A stretch of 64,000 nucleotides of DNA, taken from an uncultured virus (IMG/VR IMGVR_UViG_3300034095_001075). Lineage: Duplodnaviria; Heunggongvirae; Uroviricota; Caudoviricetes. The stretch lies in IMG/VR virus record IMGVR_UViG_3300034095_001075; one strand, given 5' to 3'. Shown in pieces: positions 24,369 to 34,126 of the stretch. Numbering within the stretch: position 1 is the stretch's first letter; every line of letters starts with the position of its first letter. The notes under the pieces were generated by a model. That model was not told the DNA's origin and made no database searches. It worked only from the letters and a program-made list of their open reading frames with translations. The position numbers were made by a program, and so were the translations under genes.

Positions 24369-26322
24369 ATGTACTTACGCCACCAACATTGCCAACCAAC
24401 ATACTTTGCATAGATGGTTCTGGAGATGCAGTCATGTTTGGCGCACTAGATTCGGCTGCAGGTGAACTATTGGTAGTAGTGTTGTAATAATTGTTAACTA
24501 CAGTATTTCCAGGCGCAGTAGAAGCCATAGGTTGTCTTGCTTCGGCTTGTTGTTGTATACCCGAATTTATAGATTGCTGTGTTTGTGTCTGCAATGCTTT
24601 ACCAGATGATGCGGCAACCGCACTAGGCGTTACTGGGCTGCTTCCAGCAGCAGGAGTTGGGGACTGTGGTGTTCCTGTGCTTGGAACTGTAGGCTTCTGC
24701 ATTGCCTGAGACATGGATGGTAAGTCTCCATATTCAGGATGTGCTGGCCCAGCTGGGCCAGTAGGAGCATCTTGCTTAGGTTTTGTTTCCTCTACCTGTA
24801 TCTTTGGACCAATACCGGGTATACTGGCAGCAAAATCATACACACCAGTCGGCCCAATTGCGTTTACTAATGCACCACCCAAATATTCTCCTCCAAGAGA
24901 ACCAACCAATCCACCAGCAATCATTCCAAGTGGTCCTCCAAGCGTACCAACAGCACCGCCAATGATAGCACCAAGACCAGAACCAAGTCTTGCACCTAAT
25001 TCTGTACCAATTGCTTTTTTCTTTTCTTCAACACTCATATTTGGATCATCTTGGATGGCTTTTATAGTAAAGACTGCAATGAGTGGTTCTAAAACGGCAG
25101 AGATCAGTGCGCTACCTTTGATGCTTTTCAGCATCAATTTGCCACCAGGTCCTGCTAAGAATGCCTTTGGATTAGCAATTGCTTTTGCCAGCGCGGCTGG
25201 AGCAGACGCCAGTTCACCCATAGCACTAAATGTTCGCGAAAAGAATCCTGCACTCTTTCCTGCTGTACCTGCCGCGCCTGCAGCACCCGCTGCTCCAGCA
25301 ACACTAGTTGCTCCAGCGGCTCCTGCTCCTGCAGCACCAGTCATTCCAGCGGCTCCTGCTCCTGCAGCACCAGTCATTCCAGCGGCTCCTGCAACACCGG
25401 CTCCTGCTGCCGATCCTGTAGCACCTTTGCTAGCCAAACTTGTACCAAACCCAAGCATTTGAGCCCCTTTGCTCGTAACTGTTCCGGCTGCTTTAGTAGC
25501 AGTCTCTGCCACCCTAGTTTTTACTGCACCAACTCCTCGAACTACAGAATCAGATTTTTTAGCCAAGGTACTTACTACTGGACTTGCACCGCGTGCATTG
25601 GCTAGTTTTGCTAACCCCCCAGACTTTGCAATACCTGCAAATTGACCTACCATCCTTGGTAATGCTTTTTTTCCTAATGCACCCATCATTTTACCTTTAC
25701 CAGGCACCAACGATGCTATTGCAGCAACATCTCCCAAGGAAGAAAGCAGTCCTCCCCCACCTTCACCGCCACCACTTTTCTTCAATATCTTTTCTAATAC
25801 TTTTTTAATCTTCTCTAACAGAGAGACTTGTTCAGATTCTAATTGAATTTCTTTCTCTTTGCCTTCCGCAGTTTCTCGCGATTCTTCTATAGAAGGATTT
25901 ACAGATGCGCTTTTCGATGCTCCAACTGAAGAAGATACGCCAGTATCCTTGGACATACCAACAATAGTTTTTGTTTTTTGTACTAAATCATTTACACTTT
26001 TCTTGACAAAATTTACTAGATTGGTGTAAATGTCCAGTGCCTTTTTAGTATAATTATCACCAGATGTTATACTAGTAGGTTTAGTTACAGTAGAACCCCC
26101 TACAACTCTTTCAGCGTTTTCTGCTGGAGTGCCAGTTCTTTCGGGTTTGGCTACATTTCTATTCTGTCTTTTTTTGGGAGATTTAGCTGGGCGACGACCT
26201 TTAGTCGCTGCTGACATATCAGACTGTTTTCCTAATACCATTTTAGCAATGTTACCAACTACAGTTCCATACCCCTTTGTTCCGGTATTTGTCTTTGGTA
26301 ATGGTTTACTGCTTTTTTCCAT
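24367..26322 (-). CDS. tape-measure/baseplate hub (gp29-like) protein
   Basis: A/G-rich low complexity, glycine-zipper GAIIGGAVG..GGPLG, C-terminal NTVVNN; downstream of gp26/gp51. Confidence 0.6.
   Translation of the reverse strand: MEKSSKPLPKTNTGTKGYGTVVGNIAKMVLGKQSDMSAATKGRRPAKSPKKRQNRNVAKPERTGTPAENAERVVGGSTVTKPTSITSGDNYTKKALDIYTNLVNFVKKSVNDLVQKTKTIVGMSKDTGVSSSVGASKSASVNPSIEESRETAEGKEKEIQLESEQVSLLEKIKKVLEKILKKSGGGEGGGGLLSSLGDVAAIASLVPGKGKMMGALGKKALPRMVGQFAGIAKSGGLAKLANARGASPVVSTLAKKSDSVVRGVGAVKTRVAETATKAAGTVTSKGAQMLGFGTSLASKGATGSAAGAGVAGAAGMTGAAGAGAAGMTGAAGAGAAGATSVAGAAGAAGAAGTAGKSAGFFSRTFSAMGELASAPAALAKAIANPKAFLAGPGGKLMLKSIKGSALISAVLEPLIAVFTIKAIQDDPNMSVEEKKKAIGTELGARLGSGLGAIIGGAVGTLGGPLGMIAGGLVGSLGGEYLGGALVNAIGPTGVYDFAASIPGIGPKIQVEETKPKQDAPTGPAGPAHPEYGDLPSMSQAMQKPTVPSTGTPQSPTPAAGSSPVTPSAVAASSGKALQTQTQQSINSGIQQQAEARQPMASTAPGNTVVNNYYNTTTNSSPAAESSAPNMTASPEPSMQSMLVGNVGGVST
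25312..25392 (-). repeat. 33-bp (11-aa) tandem repeat, ~2.5 copies
   Basis: TCCAGCGGCTCCTGCTCCTGCAGCACCAGTCAT at 25312 and 25345, partial copy at 25378. Confidence 0.9.
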
Positions 26323-26323
26323 G

Positions 26324-26482
26324 TTATTTCTTCTTATTCAGCATGTCTCTTTTCTTATTTATGTCCTCGACATGTTTAATTAACATATTCAAATAGATTT
26401 CCCTCTCCCAAGGTATCATATTCTCTAATTCACTTAGGCTATACTTGTGTTCTTGAATTAGTATAAAATTGGTTCTATACAT
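26324..26482 (-). CDS. gp51: baseplate hub assembly protein gp51 (not in ORF track; frame stays open upstream into gp26)
   Basis: MYRTNFILIQEHKYSLSELENMIPWEREIYLNMLIKHVED... hallmark L-x-E-x-ENM-x-PWER-x-IY. Confidence 0.85.
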   Translation of the reverse strand: MYRTNFILIQEHKYSLSELENMIPWEREIYLNMLIKHVEDINKKRDMLNKKK

Positions 26483-26508
26483 GTTTTCAAGAGATTCACT
26501 AGTAAGCC

Positions 26509-27213
26509 CTAATTGAAAAAATCGATAAATTTGTCCAATACTACCTTTATCTTTTTATTTGTATATGGAGATATTGCGTCGTTTTCGTAATATAGCGTTG
26601 GCATGGTTTCAAAGAAATTGCCAATCTTGTCATACATGTCTTGTGGGAACTGTTCTATAAATTCCTGAAGTTCTTTCTTGGTATAGTCTTTTGAAGCATA
26701 CACAACATCTTTATCGTATATCTTATCGATACAACTAGTCAATATATCAAATCCATTCTCGATGAGTGGCTTGGTTGCATCTACTGACATGATCGTTTTC
26801 ATTGTTGGATATTTCATCTCAACGAACATATTTTCCGATAGCTTTATTCGCTTTTCGTGTTTTGGTGATCTCTTAACTATAACTTTGCTCAGATCAACAT
26901 CTACTTCAAATTTTTTCTTTTCCTCTGGATCTACTATATTTACCTTTATAATTTCTCCCATAGATTTCTCTCTGATCTTCAGAAAGATATACTCAACATC
27001 AAAAGAAGGTAGGATGCTTATATCAACTTGATCTAATAAACAGTTTGTGATTACTTGTTCTAGTCCCAATAGAATCTGTTCGTTGTTTTTAGATTCTGCA
27101 GCAATGAGAAGAATTTTTTCTTCTTTTACTAAGAATGGTCTGTATTTTATTTTCTGCTCGCTAGAGGGCAATTTCAATTCATATGTTACAAAGTCGATCT
27201 TGGGTAATGCCAT
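26509..27213 (-). CDS. gp26: baseplate hub assembly chaperone gp26
   Basis: MALPKI...YELKLPS, YRPFLVKEEKILL, FDVEYIFLKIR.KS.GE, MKYPT, FFETMP, C-terminal DFF. Confidence 0.92.
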   Translation of the reverse strand: MALPKIDFVTYELKLPSSEQKIKYRPFLVKEEKILLIAAESKNNEQILLGLEQVITNCLLDQVDISILPSFDVEYIFLKIREKSMGEIIKVNIVDPEEKKKFEVDVDLSKVIVKRSPKHEKRIKLSENMFVEMKYPTMKTIMSVDATKPLIENGFDILTSCIDKIYDKDVVYASKDYTKKELQEFIEQFPQDMYDKIGNFFETMPTLYYENDAISPYTNKKIKVVLDKFIDFFN

Positions 27214-27242
27214 TATTTAATCTCCTAAAGGGTATATTTCAA

Positions 27243-27791
27243 TCACACTCCGCCGGTTTCAAATTTTGCTTCTTGGTATGCAAATGATACTGTTTGCTTC
27301 AAGTAAGAATCTCTCTCATCGAATGAATATTGTGTAGTATCTATATTTGTTACTAACACTTTCGATAATGTCAAATTGTATATTGTTTTGTCTTGTATAT
27401 TCATTACATTTATTTTGATTTCACCCCATATGGTATCTGCATATGCTACAAAATATTCTCCACTCTGAGCCGATACAATCTCTTCGATGTTTTCATATAA
27501 TCCTTTTACTGGATTGCCGCTTCCATCTAATCTAAATGTAATATTACACACCTGTGCTGGTAGTTTTGCATATGGCACCTTCAGAGTGGGATGTGTGTTA
27601 TATTGATAGTCTGCAGTTCCGATTGCCATCGCAGGAAACTCTACACTTTCTGCATATGAATCGAAATTTGCAACTCCTTTATTTTTTGCAAATGGAAAAT
27701 TAATTTCTACAAAAAATCGATTAGGTCTAACCAATCCATTTGTTGCTAGTGCTATTGCAGAAAACCCAGTTACTGATGATGATATTGCCAT
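27243..27791 (-). CDS. tail-tube-fold baseplate protein (gp54-like)
   Basis: GLVRPNRFFVEI, ESVEFP, KVPY, VSFAYQ. Confidence 0.65.
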   Translation of the reverse strand: MAISSSVTGFSAIALATNGLVRPNRFFVEINFPFAKNKGVANFDSYAESVEFPAMAIGTADYQYNTHPTLKVPYAKLPAQVCNITFRLDGSGNPVKGLYENIEEIVSAQSGEYFVAYADTIWGEIKINVMNIQDKTIYNLTLSKVLVTNIDTTQYSFDERDSYLKQTVSFAYQEAKFETGGV

Positions 27792-28369
27792 TATTTGTTT
27801 ACTTCCTTTAGAATCTCGGAATATAATCTACTTGGATTGATTCCCTTGAATACGGGAAGAAACGCAAAATTTGTCCATTCTTCTGGTGTCGTTATTTTAG
27901 GTTTTCCAAAAATATTAGCAGTAGTGTATTGATTGAATACTGTTCCGTAATATTTAGCAAAGATTTTCTTATTAAATAATGACAATATCTTAATACGCAT
28001 TTTTTGAGGATCTTCTTCTTTTCTATTATATAAAAGAGAGTCCATCATCAATACAATCTTCAATCTGTCCATTGGTGGGATATAATGCAAATTTATACCA
28101 GAAAACCCAGTTCCCGTCATTCCAGTGACTATTACTAATGGAAACTTATCGTATACCCGTATTCTGGAAGTGGGTCTATAGTTAAAAAGTAAAACCTGTC
28201 CTAGCAGCTTTCTGCGTACATTCTTCTCACTATCTTGAAAAAACTCTTTATAATCGGATGGTTTTCCTTTTTGAGTTTTAACAATACCTTTAATGCTTTC
28301 TTTGAACCAATTTGCTGCGTTCTTGGGAGCATCCTCAGAGTTCGTCGGTTGTTGGTTCTTTTCCACCAA
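27791..28369 (-). CDS. gp2: DNA end protector protein gp2
   Basis: WF near N-terminus, YDKFPLV, GINLHYIPP..R, EW...FLP. Confidence 0.8.
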   Translation of the reverse strand: MVEKNQQPTNSEDAPKNAANWFKESIKGIVKTQKGKPSDYKEFFQDSEKNVRRKLLGQVLLFNYRPTSRIRVYDKFPLVIVTGMTGTGFSGINLHYIPPMDRLKIVLMMDSLLYNRKEEDPQKMRIKILSLFNKKIFAKYYGTVFNQYTTANIFGKPKITTPEEWTNFAFLPVFKGINPSRLYSEILKEVNK

Positions 28370-28796
28370 ATAGTTCTTTCTCTGTTATTATCTTAAACTT
28401 CCAGTTGCGTTTATTTGCAAATTGTTCTGCAAATGCCCATTTTGATTTATTTATCTGCCATTCTACTATTTCGTGCAGATATCCTTTTGTGATCTTCTTC
28501 TTTTTCACAGGCTCTGAGCATTTTCTATGTGGTTTTATCTCTACTAGATATGTTTGAACTTCACCATTCTTCTCTTTTACTTCTATTATAAAGTCAACAA
28601 AATACCTATGATATTTTTTATCTACGGGGGATATGTACGGTATTGGAAGTTCTTCTGATGCCCATTTGATTATGTTTTCGGTATTGTCACAGAAAGTCAT
28701 AAATTTTCTTTCCCACAGAGAACGATACACAATATTTGTGTGATCCCCAGAGTACTTTGATGGGTTCTTTGGTTTAAATTTACCTTTATAGGACAT
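28335..28796 (-). CDS. gp4: head completion nuclease gp4 (TnsA-like)
   Basis: YKGKFKPKNPSKY.GD, YRSLWE, WASEE..IPY.SP, HRYFVDF, VEIKP; late box GCTAAATA upstream. Confidence 0.93.
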   Translation of the reverse strand: MSYKGKFKPKNPSKYSGDHTNIVYRSLWERKFMTFCDNTENIIKWASEELPIPYISPVDKKYHRYFVDFIIEVKEKNGEVQTYLVEIKPHRKCSEPVKKKKITKGYLHEIVEWQINKSKWAFAEQFANKRNWKFKIITEKELFGGKEPTTDEL

Positions 28797-28831
28797 ACAT
28801 ACTATTTAGCAGAAACGGAGTAATTGCGAAA

Positions 28832-29611
28832 ATGGCAGATAAAGAACGCAAATCTGAAGGCAAATATTCAAACTTAATACCACCAAGAGCAAACGGCAAT
28901 CAATCTGGTGGAATGTGGTCTGTAATAGAAATACTAGAACCTACTGAATTTGGTGCCAATGCTACTCCAATAATGTCATATTATTTACAGTTACCAAAAG
29001 AACTGAATAATGTATTTTCCATAGATTGGCAACAAAAAGAATTAGGCGATAGTGCATTGAGTGCTTTATTTACTGGTGGTAAAACGGGTGGTGGTGCTGG
29101 TTCTGACAGTGGTGCAGTAGGAGCAAATGCCATGTATGGTAGTGGTCTTGATATTGTCGCTGGTGCTGGCATTCTTCCCGGTGTAATGGATTCTCTGAGG
29201 CAGAATGCTGGAATTGCAAAAAATACAGTAAATACTTTACTGTTTCAATCATCCAATTTGAGAAATTTTCAATTCACTTGGGATCTTATTCCGCTTAGAC
29301 GAGAAGATTCTAAGGGGTATAATAGAATGATAGAAGATTTTCGTTTGAAGATGCATCCACGATTAGAAAGTAATATGAATTTTCTTACTCCATATTTGTT
29401 CAGAGTGAAACTCCAGGTACAAAGCAAAATTATCATCAGCACACTACCATGTGCTATGACCAATCTTACCATAAATTCATTTGGTTCAGGAATGCCCGCA
29501 TTTCATGATGATGGTACTGCAGTACATACAGTCTTGACTATAGAATTACAAGAACTGTTCCCACAAACTCAGCAATCAATTCAGAAACTATACAGCGACA
29601 ATTCAAAGTAA
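28832..29611 (+). CDS. gp48: baseplate tail-tube cap, gp48-like
   Basis: LLF....RNFQFTW.LIP, F...MHP, C..TN..IN, L.LQE. Confidence 0.7.
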   Translation: MADKERKSEGKYSNLIPPRANGNQSGGMWSVIEILEPTEFGANATPIMSYYLQLPKELNNVFSIDWQQKELGDSALSALFTGGKTGGGAGSDSGAVGANAMYGSGLDIVAGAGILPGVMDSLRQNAGIAKNTVNTLLFQSSNLRNFQFTWDLIPLRREDSKGYNRMIEDFRLKMHPRLESNMNFLTPYLFRVKLQVQSKIIISTLPCAMTNLTINSFGSGMPAFHDDGTAVHTVLTIELQELFPQTQQSIQKLYSDNSK

Positions 29612-29620
29612 AGGTTAATT

Positions 29621-30343
29621 GTGTATTTCAATAAATTAGGAACAACCGAATATAATGGAATAGTAATTCCAGATATCTTAAAGAGAATTTCACTTACTGG
29701 TGATGTATCTAAAAGTAATTTGGTAGATCAATATTCCATAGGTGAAGGAGAAACTCCAGAGAGTGTTTCTTTTGATTACTATGGAAGTGTTGATTACTAT
29801 TGGACTATTCTTCTTGTCAATAATATTAAGAGTCGTTATTTTGATTGGCCAATGTCTTCGCAAGAATTAGGACAATATGTGGAATCGAAATATGGCAATA
29901 GGATTGCTTTGTTTTTCAAGGAAACTGATATAAACAATCAATTTAATTTTTGTGATACCAAGTATATTAGAAATTCTGCTGGCAAAATAAGCACTGTATC
30001 AGAATGTGACAGAAATTTAAATAAAATAGTAATAGCAAAAACAGAAGAAATTGTTATTTCTGGATCTGTTCAATTTCTTGATATAAATCAAAAAACAATT
30101 GCATCCTTAGTTGTTTCTAGAGTAGTATACGAAAACATGTATGCAGTTCACCATACAAATGATGGTGATGAAAATAGAACATATTTAAATAATTATATTG
30201 TTTCACAAGGACAGCAAAATATTGTTTCTAATTACGATTATGAAGTACAAGAAAACGAAAACAGAAGAAGTATATTTTTAATAAACCCCACATATATTTC
30301 GACATATGTAAACTCATTTAAAGTATTAGCGAGAGCTGATTGA
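29621..30343 (+). CDS. gp53: baseplate wedge protein gp53
   Basis: MYF, GETPE.VS..YYG...YYW.ILLVN.I...DWP, SNYDYE...NE.RR.I. Confidence 0.88.
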   Translation: MYFNKLGTTEYNGIVIPDILKRISLTGDVSKSNLVDQYSIGEGETPESVSFDYYGSVDYYWTILLVNNIKSRYFDWPMSSQELGQYVESKYGNRIALFFKETDINNQFNFCDTKYIRNSAGKISTVSECDRNLNKIVIAKTEEIVISGSVQFLDINQKTIASLVVSRVVYENMYAVHHTNDGDENRTYLNNYIVSQGQQNIVSNYDYEVQENENRRSIFLINPTYISTYVNSFKVLARAD

Positions 30344-30344
30344 T

Positions 30345-31637
30345 ATGATTCCACTTGTTTTAAATACAAATAGACCAATTATTAAAATAAAAGATATTGA
30401 TGTTTCTGATATCATAAAAGAGATATCACTGACTGAAAGTGTCTTTGAACCTGTTTTGCGTGGATTTTTTGTTGTATTTGATACAGCAAGTTCTAGATTA
30501 TCTCAGGTTATTGGTGGGTTCAACGGATTGACTAAAATTGAATTTTCCTTTCATAGTATGCTCGGCAATAGTTCTGAAAAAGAAATTCAAAGCAAAGAAT
30601 TTTTTGTTTACAAGTACATGCCCGGACCAACAGAAGGAACTACAAACAGCGTTGCGATTGGTTATTTTAGTTCTAAATATGTTTTTATCAATGAATCTAG
30701 AATGATATCAAGATATTTTGATGATACTGTTTCTGACATAGTGACAAAAATGTGCAAGGAACTTGATATAAAATGTGAAACTACAAAATCTGTTGGTAAA
30801 ATTAAAAAAGTTCTTCCATACGATTCGGTGTTTTCCCATATAACAAATCTGTCAAAGCAAGCAAGAGCATCAGAAAATCCAAAAGATGTTGATTTTATTT
30901 TCTATCAGGATATAGATCACAAGTTTTATTTTAAACCACTATCTTCCTTTAAGAAAAAAGAAGTAAAATGGAAGTACAAATACATTTTACCAACTCCAGA
31001 ACTAACCATAACGGATGCAAAGTATAGCGTATTGAAACACGGCTCCGAATCTTTTGCGCCAATAGACAACGCACTAGGAGGAATGTATTCATCAGAAATC
31101 ATTTCCTTTGATAGTACTACAGGCGATTACTATTCAAAAACACATGTGCTACAACAAGATCAATACACAAAAATATCAAATAAACCAATAGTAGATACAA
31201 CAAAAGATCCATTATTTGATGATATTGCAAAGAGTGGAGTAGCAGTAAGAAGATACAATAAGCAAAGATTTTTGTACGATTGTTCTGAAAATGCATCAGG
31301 ACAAGATGAAGTTGGTCTTCAGGACGATTGGGTTGGAAATAGACTAACATCTATGCAATTATCAAATCAGATGACATTGAATATGGTTGTACCTGGAAAT
31401 AGTGAAATGAAAGTTGGAGATTTACTGGAATTTAGACGACCATTACACGAATCAATTCTGGATACAAGTAAAGTACAAATGAAACAAACTGATATATTTT
31501 ATAGTGGAAAATTCCTAGTAGTAGAAATAACACACGATATCGTTATGCGACAAGGAGTAACACCAACAGCAGCAACTGCTGTGTATACTATGCGCGTAAA
31601 AGCAATTAAAGATTCTATAGGAGATGAATATGCCTAA
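30345..31637 (+). CDS. baseplate hub protein (gp27-like)
   Basis: ISLTESVF.P..RG, FIFYQD..FYFK, VPGN...VG, SGKFLV.EITH; lies between gp53 and gp5. Confidence 0.7.
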   Translation: MIPLVLNTNRPIIKIKDIDVSDIIKEISLTESVFEPVLRGFFVVFDTASSRLSQVIGGFNGLTKIEFSFHSMLGNSSEKEIQSKEFFVYKYMPGPTEGTTNSVAIGYFSSKYVFINESRMISRYFDDTVSDIVTKMCKELDIKCETTKSVGKIKKVLPYDSVFSHITNLSKQARASENPKDVDFIFYQDIDHKFYFKPLSSFKKKEVKWKYKYILPTPELTITDAKYSVLKHGSESFAPIDNALGGMYSSEIISFDSTTGDYYSKTHVLQQDQYTKISNKPIVDTTKDPLFDDIAKSGVAVRRYNKQRFLYDCSENASGQDEVGLQDDWVGNRLTSMQLSNQMTLNMVVPGNSEMKVGDLLEFRRPLHESILDTSKVQMKQTDIFYSGKFLVVEITHDIVMRQGVTPTAATAVYTMRVKAIKDSIGDEYA

Positions 31638-32466
31638 TCCAACATTAGGAAATCCTACATTTAGATGGTGGTGGGGGTGTGTTGAAGATCGTATAGATCC
31701 TCTACAAAAGGGCAGAGTTCGTGTAAGAATACATGGATATCATAGTCCATTTCAAAAGGATATCCCAACATCGGCTTTGCCATGGGCAGAAGTAGTACAA
31801 CCACCAACGACCGGTGCAACACCACAGAGCAGTCCAACTGGAATTGCGGAAGGTCTTTGGGTTTTTGGTTTCTTTAAAGATGGAGTTGATTGTCAACAAC
31901 CTGTGATCATTGGATGGTTGCCAACTCTTCCGGAAGAAACTGAGAAAAAAGACACAACAGGTTCTGATACTTTACAGCAAAAGACTTCAGCAAAAGAAAC
32001 ATTTCAGAAAAATTATGGAGATGGATTTAGAGATCCTAGAACTGAAAAGGAACTAAAAGAATTCCCATCGAAAGATGTTGAACGAAAATATCCATTTGGA
32101 AAAGATAAAGTAACAAAAGATCGTGGAGTTCAGCTCACCGAAAAAGAACCAAAAAAACAAACAAGCAAAGACGGTCGTTCTATTGCAATAAATGATCCTA
32201 CCAAAATAGCAAACACAATAATAGAATTAAAGAAAACTGCAAGACCGGATGGTCTATATGATTATTCTAAGATTGCAGATATAAAAGTAGAAGAGAAATT
32301 CAAATGTGGTGTTATTAATATTTCTAATACAAATAAAGGAACATTGAGTGGATTTGGATATGGAAATAATTCTGTTGCTAGTACTATGTTATCTTCAGAA
32401 TTTAAAAATTGGAAATTGGTAACAGAAGAACCATTGAATGCCAATAATGGAAAGATTTTAGGATAA
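31630..32466 (+). CDS. gp5: gp5 N-terminal OB-fold module (no lysozyme domain)
   Basis: WWGCVEDRIDPLQKGRVRVRI.GYH, LPWA, WVFGFF.DG...QQPVIIG, GF.DPR. Confidence 0.88.
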   Translation: MPNPTLGNPTFRWWWGCVEDRIDPLQKGRVRVRIHGYHSPFQKDIPTSALPWAEVVQPPTTGATPQSSPTGIAEGLWVFGFFKDGVDCQQPVIIGWLPTLPEETEKKDTTGSDTLQQKTSAKETFQKNYGDGFRDPRTEKELKEFPSKDVERKYPFGKDKVTKDRGVQLTEKEPKKQTSKDGRSIAINDPTKIANTIIELKKTARPDGLYDYSKIADIKVEEKFKCGVINISNTNKGTLSGFGYGNNSVASTMLSSEFKNWKLVTEEPLNANNGKILG

Positions 32467-32470
32467 TATA

Positions 32471-34093
32471 ATGTCAAATAATTGCGATGATCCAAATATA
32501 ATACCACCAAATGGTACTGCAAAAGAGGTAAAAGGGAAGACTGGTTCTAGAAATAGAAAACCTTTGCCAAACACCACATCTGCAACTGATGTTCCTGTTT
32601 CTGGTGGAAAAGTAAATCCACCTTCAAATAATGCAACAGATGTAGCAGCATCTCAAGCGGCGTTAGCCGCGGCCGCTGGTGGTGGTGGTGGTGGTGGCAG
32701 CGGGGGTAGTGGTGGTGGCGGTGGAAGTCCAGCAGTAGCCGGCGGAAAGGTGAAAGCCAGTTCTACTCCTCCCGGAGCAGTTCAACCGGCTGCACAAGTA
32801 AAACCCCAAACACAAACACCAACAGTTGAAAAACCACAAGTTAATCAATGGACACAACCAAAAACAGAACATGGTCGTATTAATGGTGAGAAGATCGAAG
32901 AAAAAGATCCTTGTAATGGTCAAGAAAAGAAAAGTGAAGAATTCAAACCAAGAACAATTTATCCATTCAATAAAGTAACACAAAGCGAATCGGGACATGT
33001 TACTGAAACTGATGATACGCCAGGAAGCGAACGAGTATCATTCTTTCATAGATCCGGTTCTAATTATGAATACTTTCCAAACGGAGATGTGATTCATCAA
33101 AATGTTCGAGACAATTACATTCATGTGTTCAGAGACAATTATGTTCATTTGGGTGGATATTCTACAGTTACTATAGACAAAGGATTGAAGATTCTTGTTA
33201 ATAGCGATGAAGATGAAAATACACCAGAAAAGAATGTAAACTTTGATATTCACATATCAGGTAATGCAAATGTAAACATATATGTTCATAAAGGAAATAT
33301 GAATGTTTCCTTAGCAGAAGGTGATTTGAACATGCGTGTGAACAAAGGTGATGTCAACATTTTACAAGATAATGGCAACTACAATCACACGGTTGGTGGA
33401 GATTATAATTTAGAAGTGGTTGGACACATGCATACTGTTGTTGGCGGAAATGTTATTCATGAAATAGGAGGAAATCGCGATGAAAGAATCGATGGTGAAT
33501 TTGATCAAAAATACCTCACAAACCCTTCTGGTTATTATGCGGAATATTTGGAAGGTAGCAAAAGGGTGTATGTCAGCGGAAATCAGATAGTACAGGTTGT
33601 TGGTAGTTCTGATGAATCTGCTAAAATTAAAACAGAGCAATATTACAATAATATGACAATTGATGTTTCTGGATATTGTGCAATTCGCTCCGGTGGTACT
33701 CTAAACTTGACTTCCGGTACTGATCTGACGGTACAGTCTGCTGGAACGATGCTAATCAAGTCTTTTTCTAGTATGGATATATTTTCTTCTATAGATGGAG
33801 TTTCTCCCATGAAAATATACAGTGCTGCAACTTTCGAGTTTGTAGCAGAAAATTATGCTCTAATTCGTTCATCTAGCGATAAGATAGAGTTGAAAGCTCC
33901 TCAGAACATCAAAACAATCACAGCAAAGCTGTATATTCCAGAAACCGAAACCGCTCCAAGATTCGGAAGAGATCCAAAACCAATAAATGATAAAGATCCA
34001 TACTCGAATAAAGTAACAGATGCTAAGACAACCAATACCTATCTTAAAAATAATAAAAAACCTTGGGTTCCAACCAATACTAAAAATAAATAA
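32471..34093 (+). CDS. gp5 C-terminal spike (beta-helix) module
   Basis: YPFNKV.QSESGHV.E.DDTPG.ERV...HRSG followed by VxGx repeats. Confidence 0.85.
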   Translation: MSNNCDDPNIIPPNGTAKEVKGKTGSRNRKPLPNTTSATDVPVSGGKVNPPSNNATDVAASQAALAAAAGGGGGGGSGGSGGGGGSPAVAGGKVKASSTPPGAVQPAAQVKPQTQTPTVEKPQVNQWTQPKTEHGRINGEKIEEKDPCNGQEKKSEEFKPRTIYPFNKVTQSESGHVTETDDTPGSERVSFFHRSGSNYEYFPNGDVIHQNVRDNYIHVFRDNYVHLGGYSTVTIDKGLKILVNSDEDENTPEKNVNFDIHISGNANVNIYVHKGNMNVSLAEGDLNMRVNKGDVNILQDNGNYNHTVGGDYNLEVVGHMHTVVGGNVIHEIGGNRDERIDGEFDQKYLTNPSGYYAEYLEGSKRVYVSGNQIVQVVGSSDESAKIKTEQYYNNMTIDVSGYCAIRSGGTLNLTSGTDLTVQSAGTMLIKSFSSMDIFSSIDGVSPMKIYSAATFEFVAENYALIRSSSDKIELKAPQNIKTITAKLYIPETETAPRFGRDPKPINDKDPYSNKVTDAKTTNTYLKNNKKPWVPTNTKNK

Positions 34094-34126
34094 ATAACAA
34101 TGTTCAGTAATTTATAGGATACTAAT

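Noticed and set aside
24491..25808. Plus-strand ORFs including the 249-aa Pro/Ala-rich 24713..25462
   Set aside because: Antisense shadows of the Gly/Ala-rich minus-strand gene
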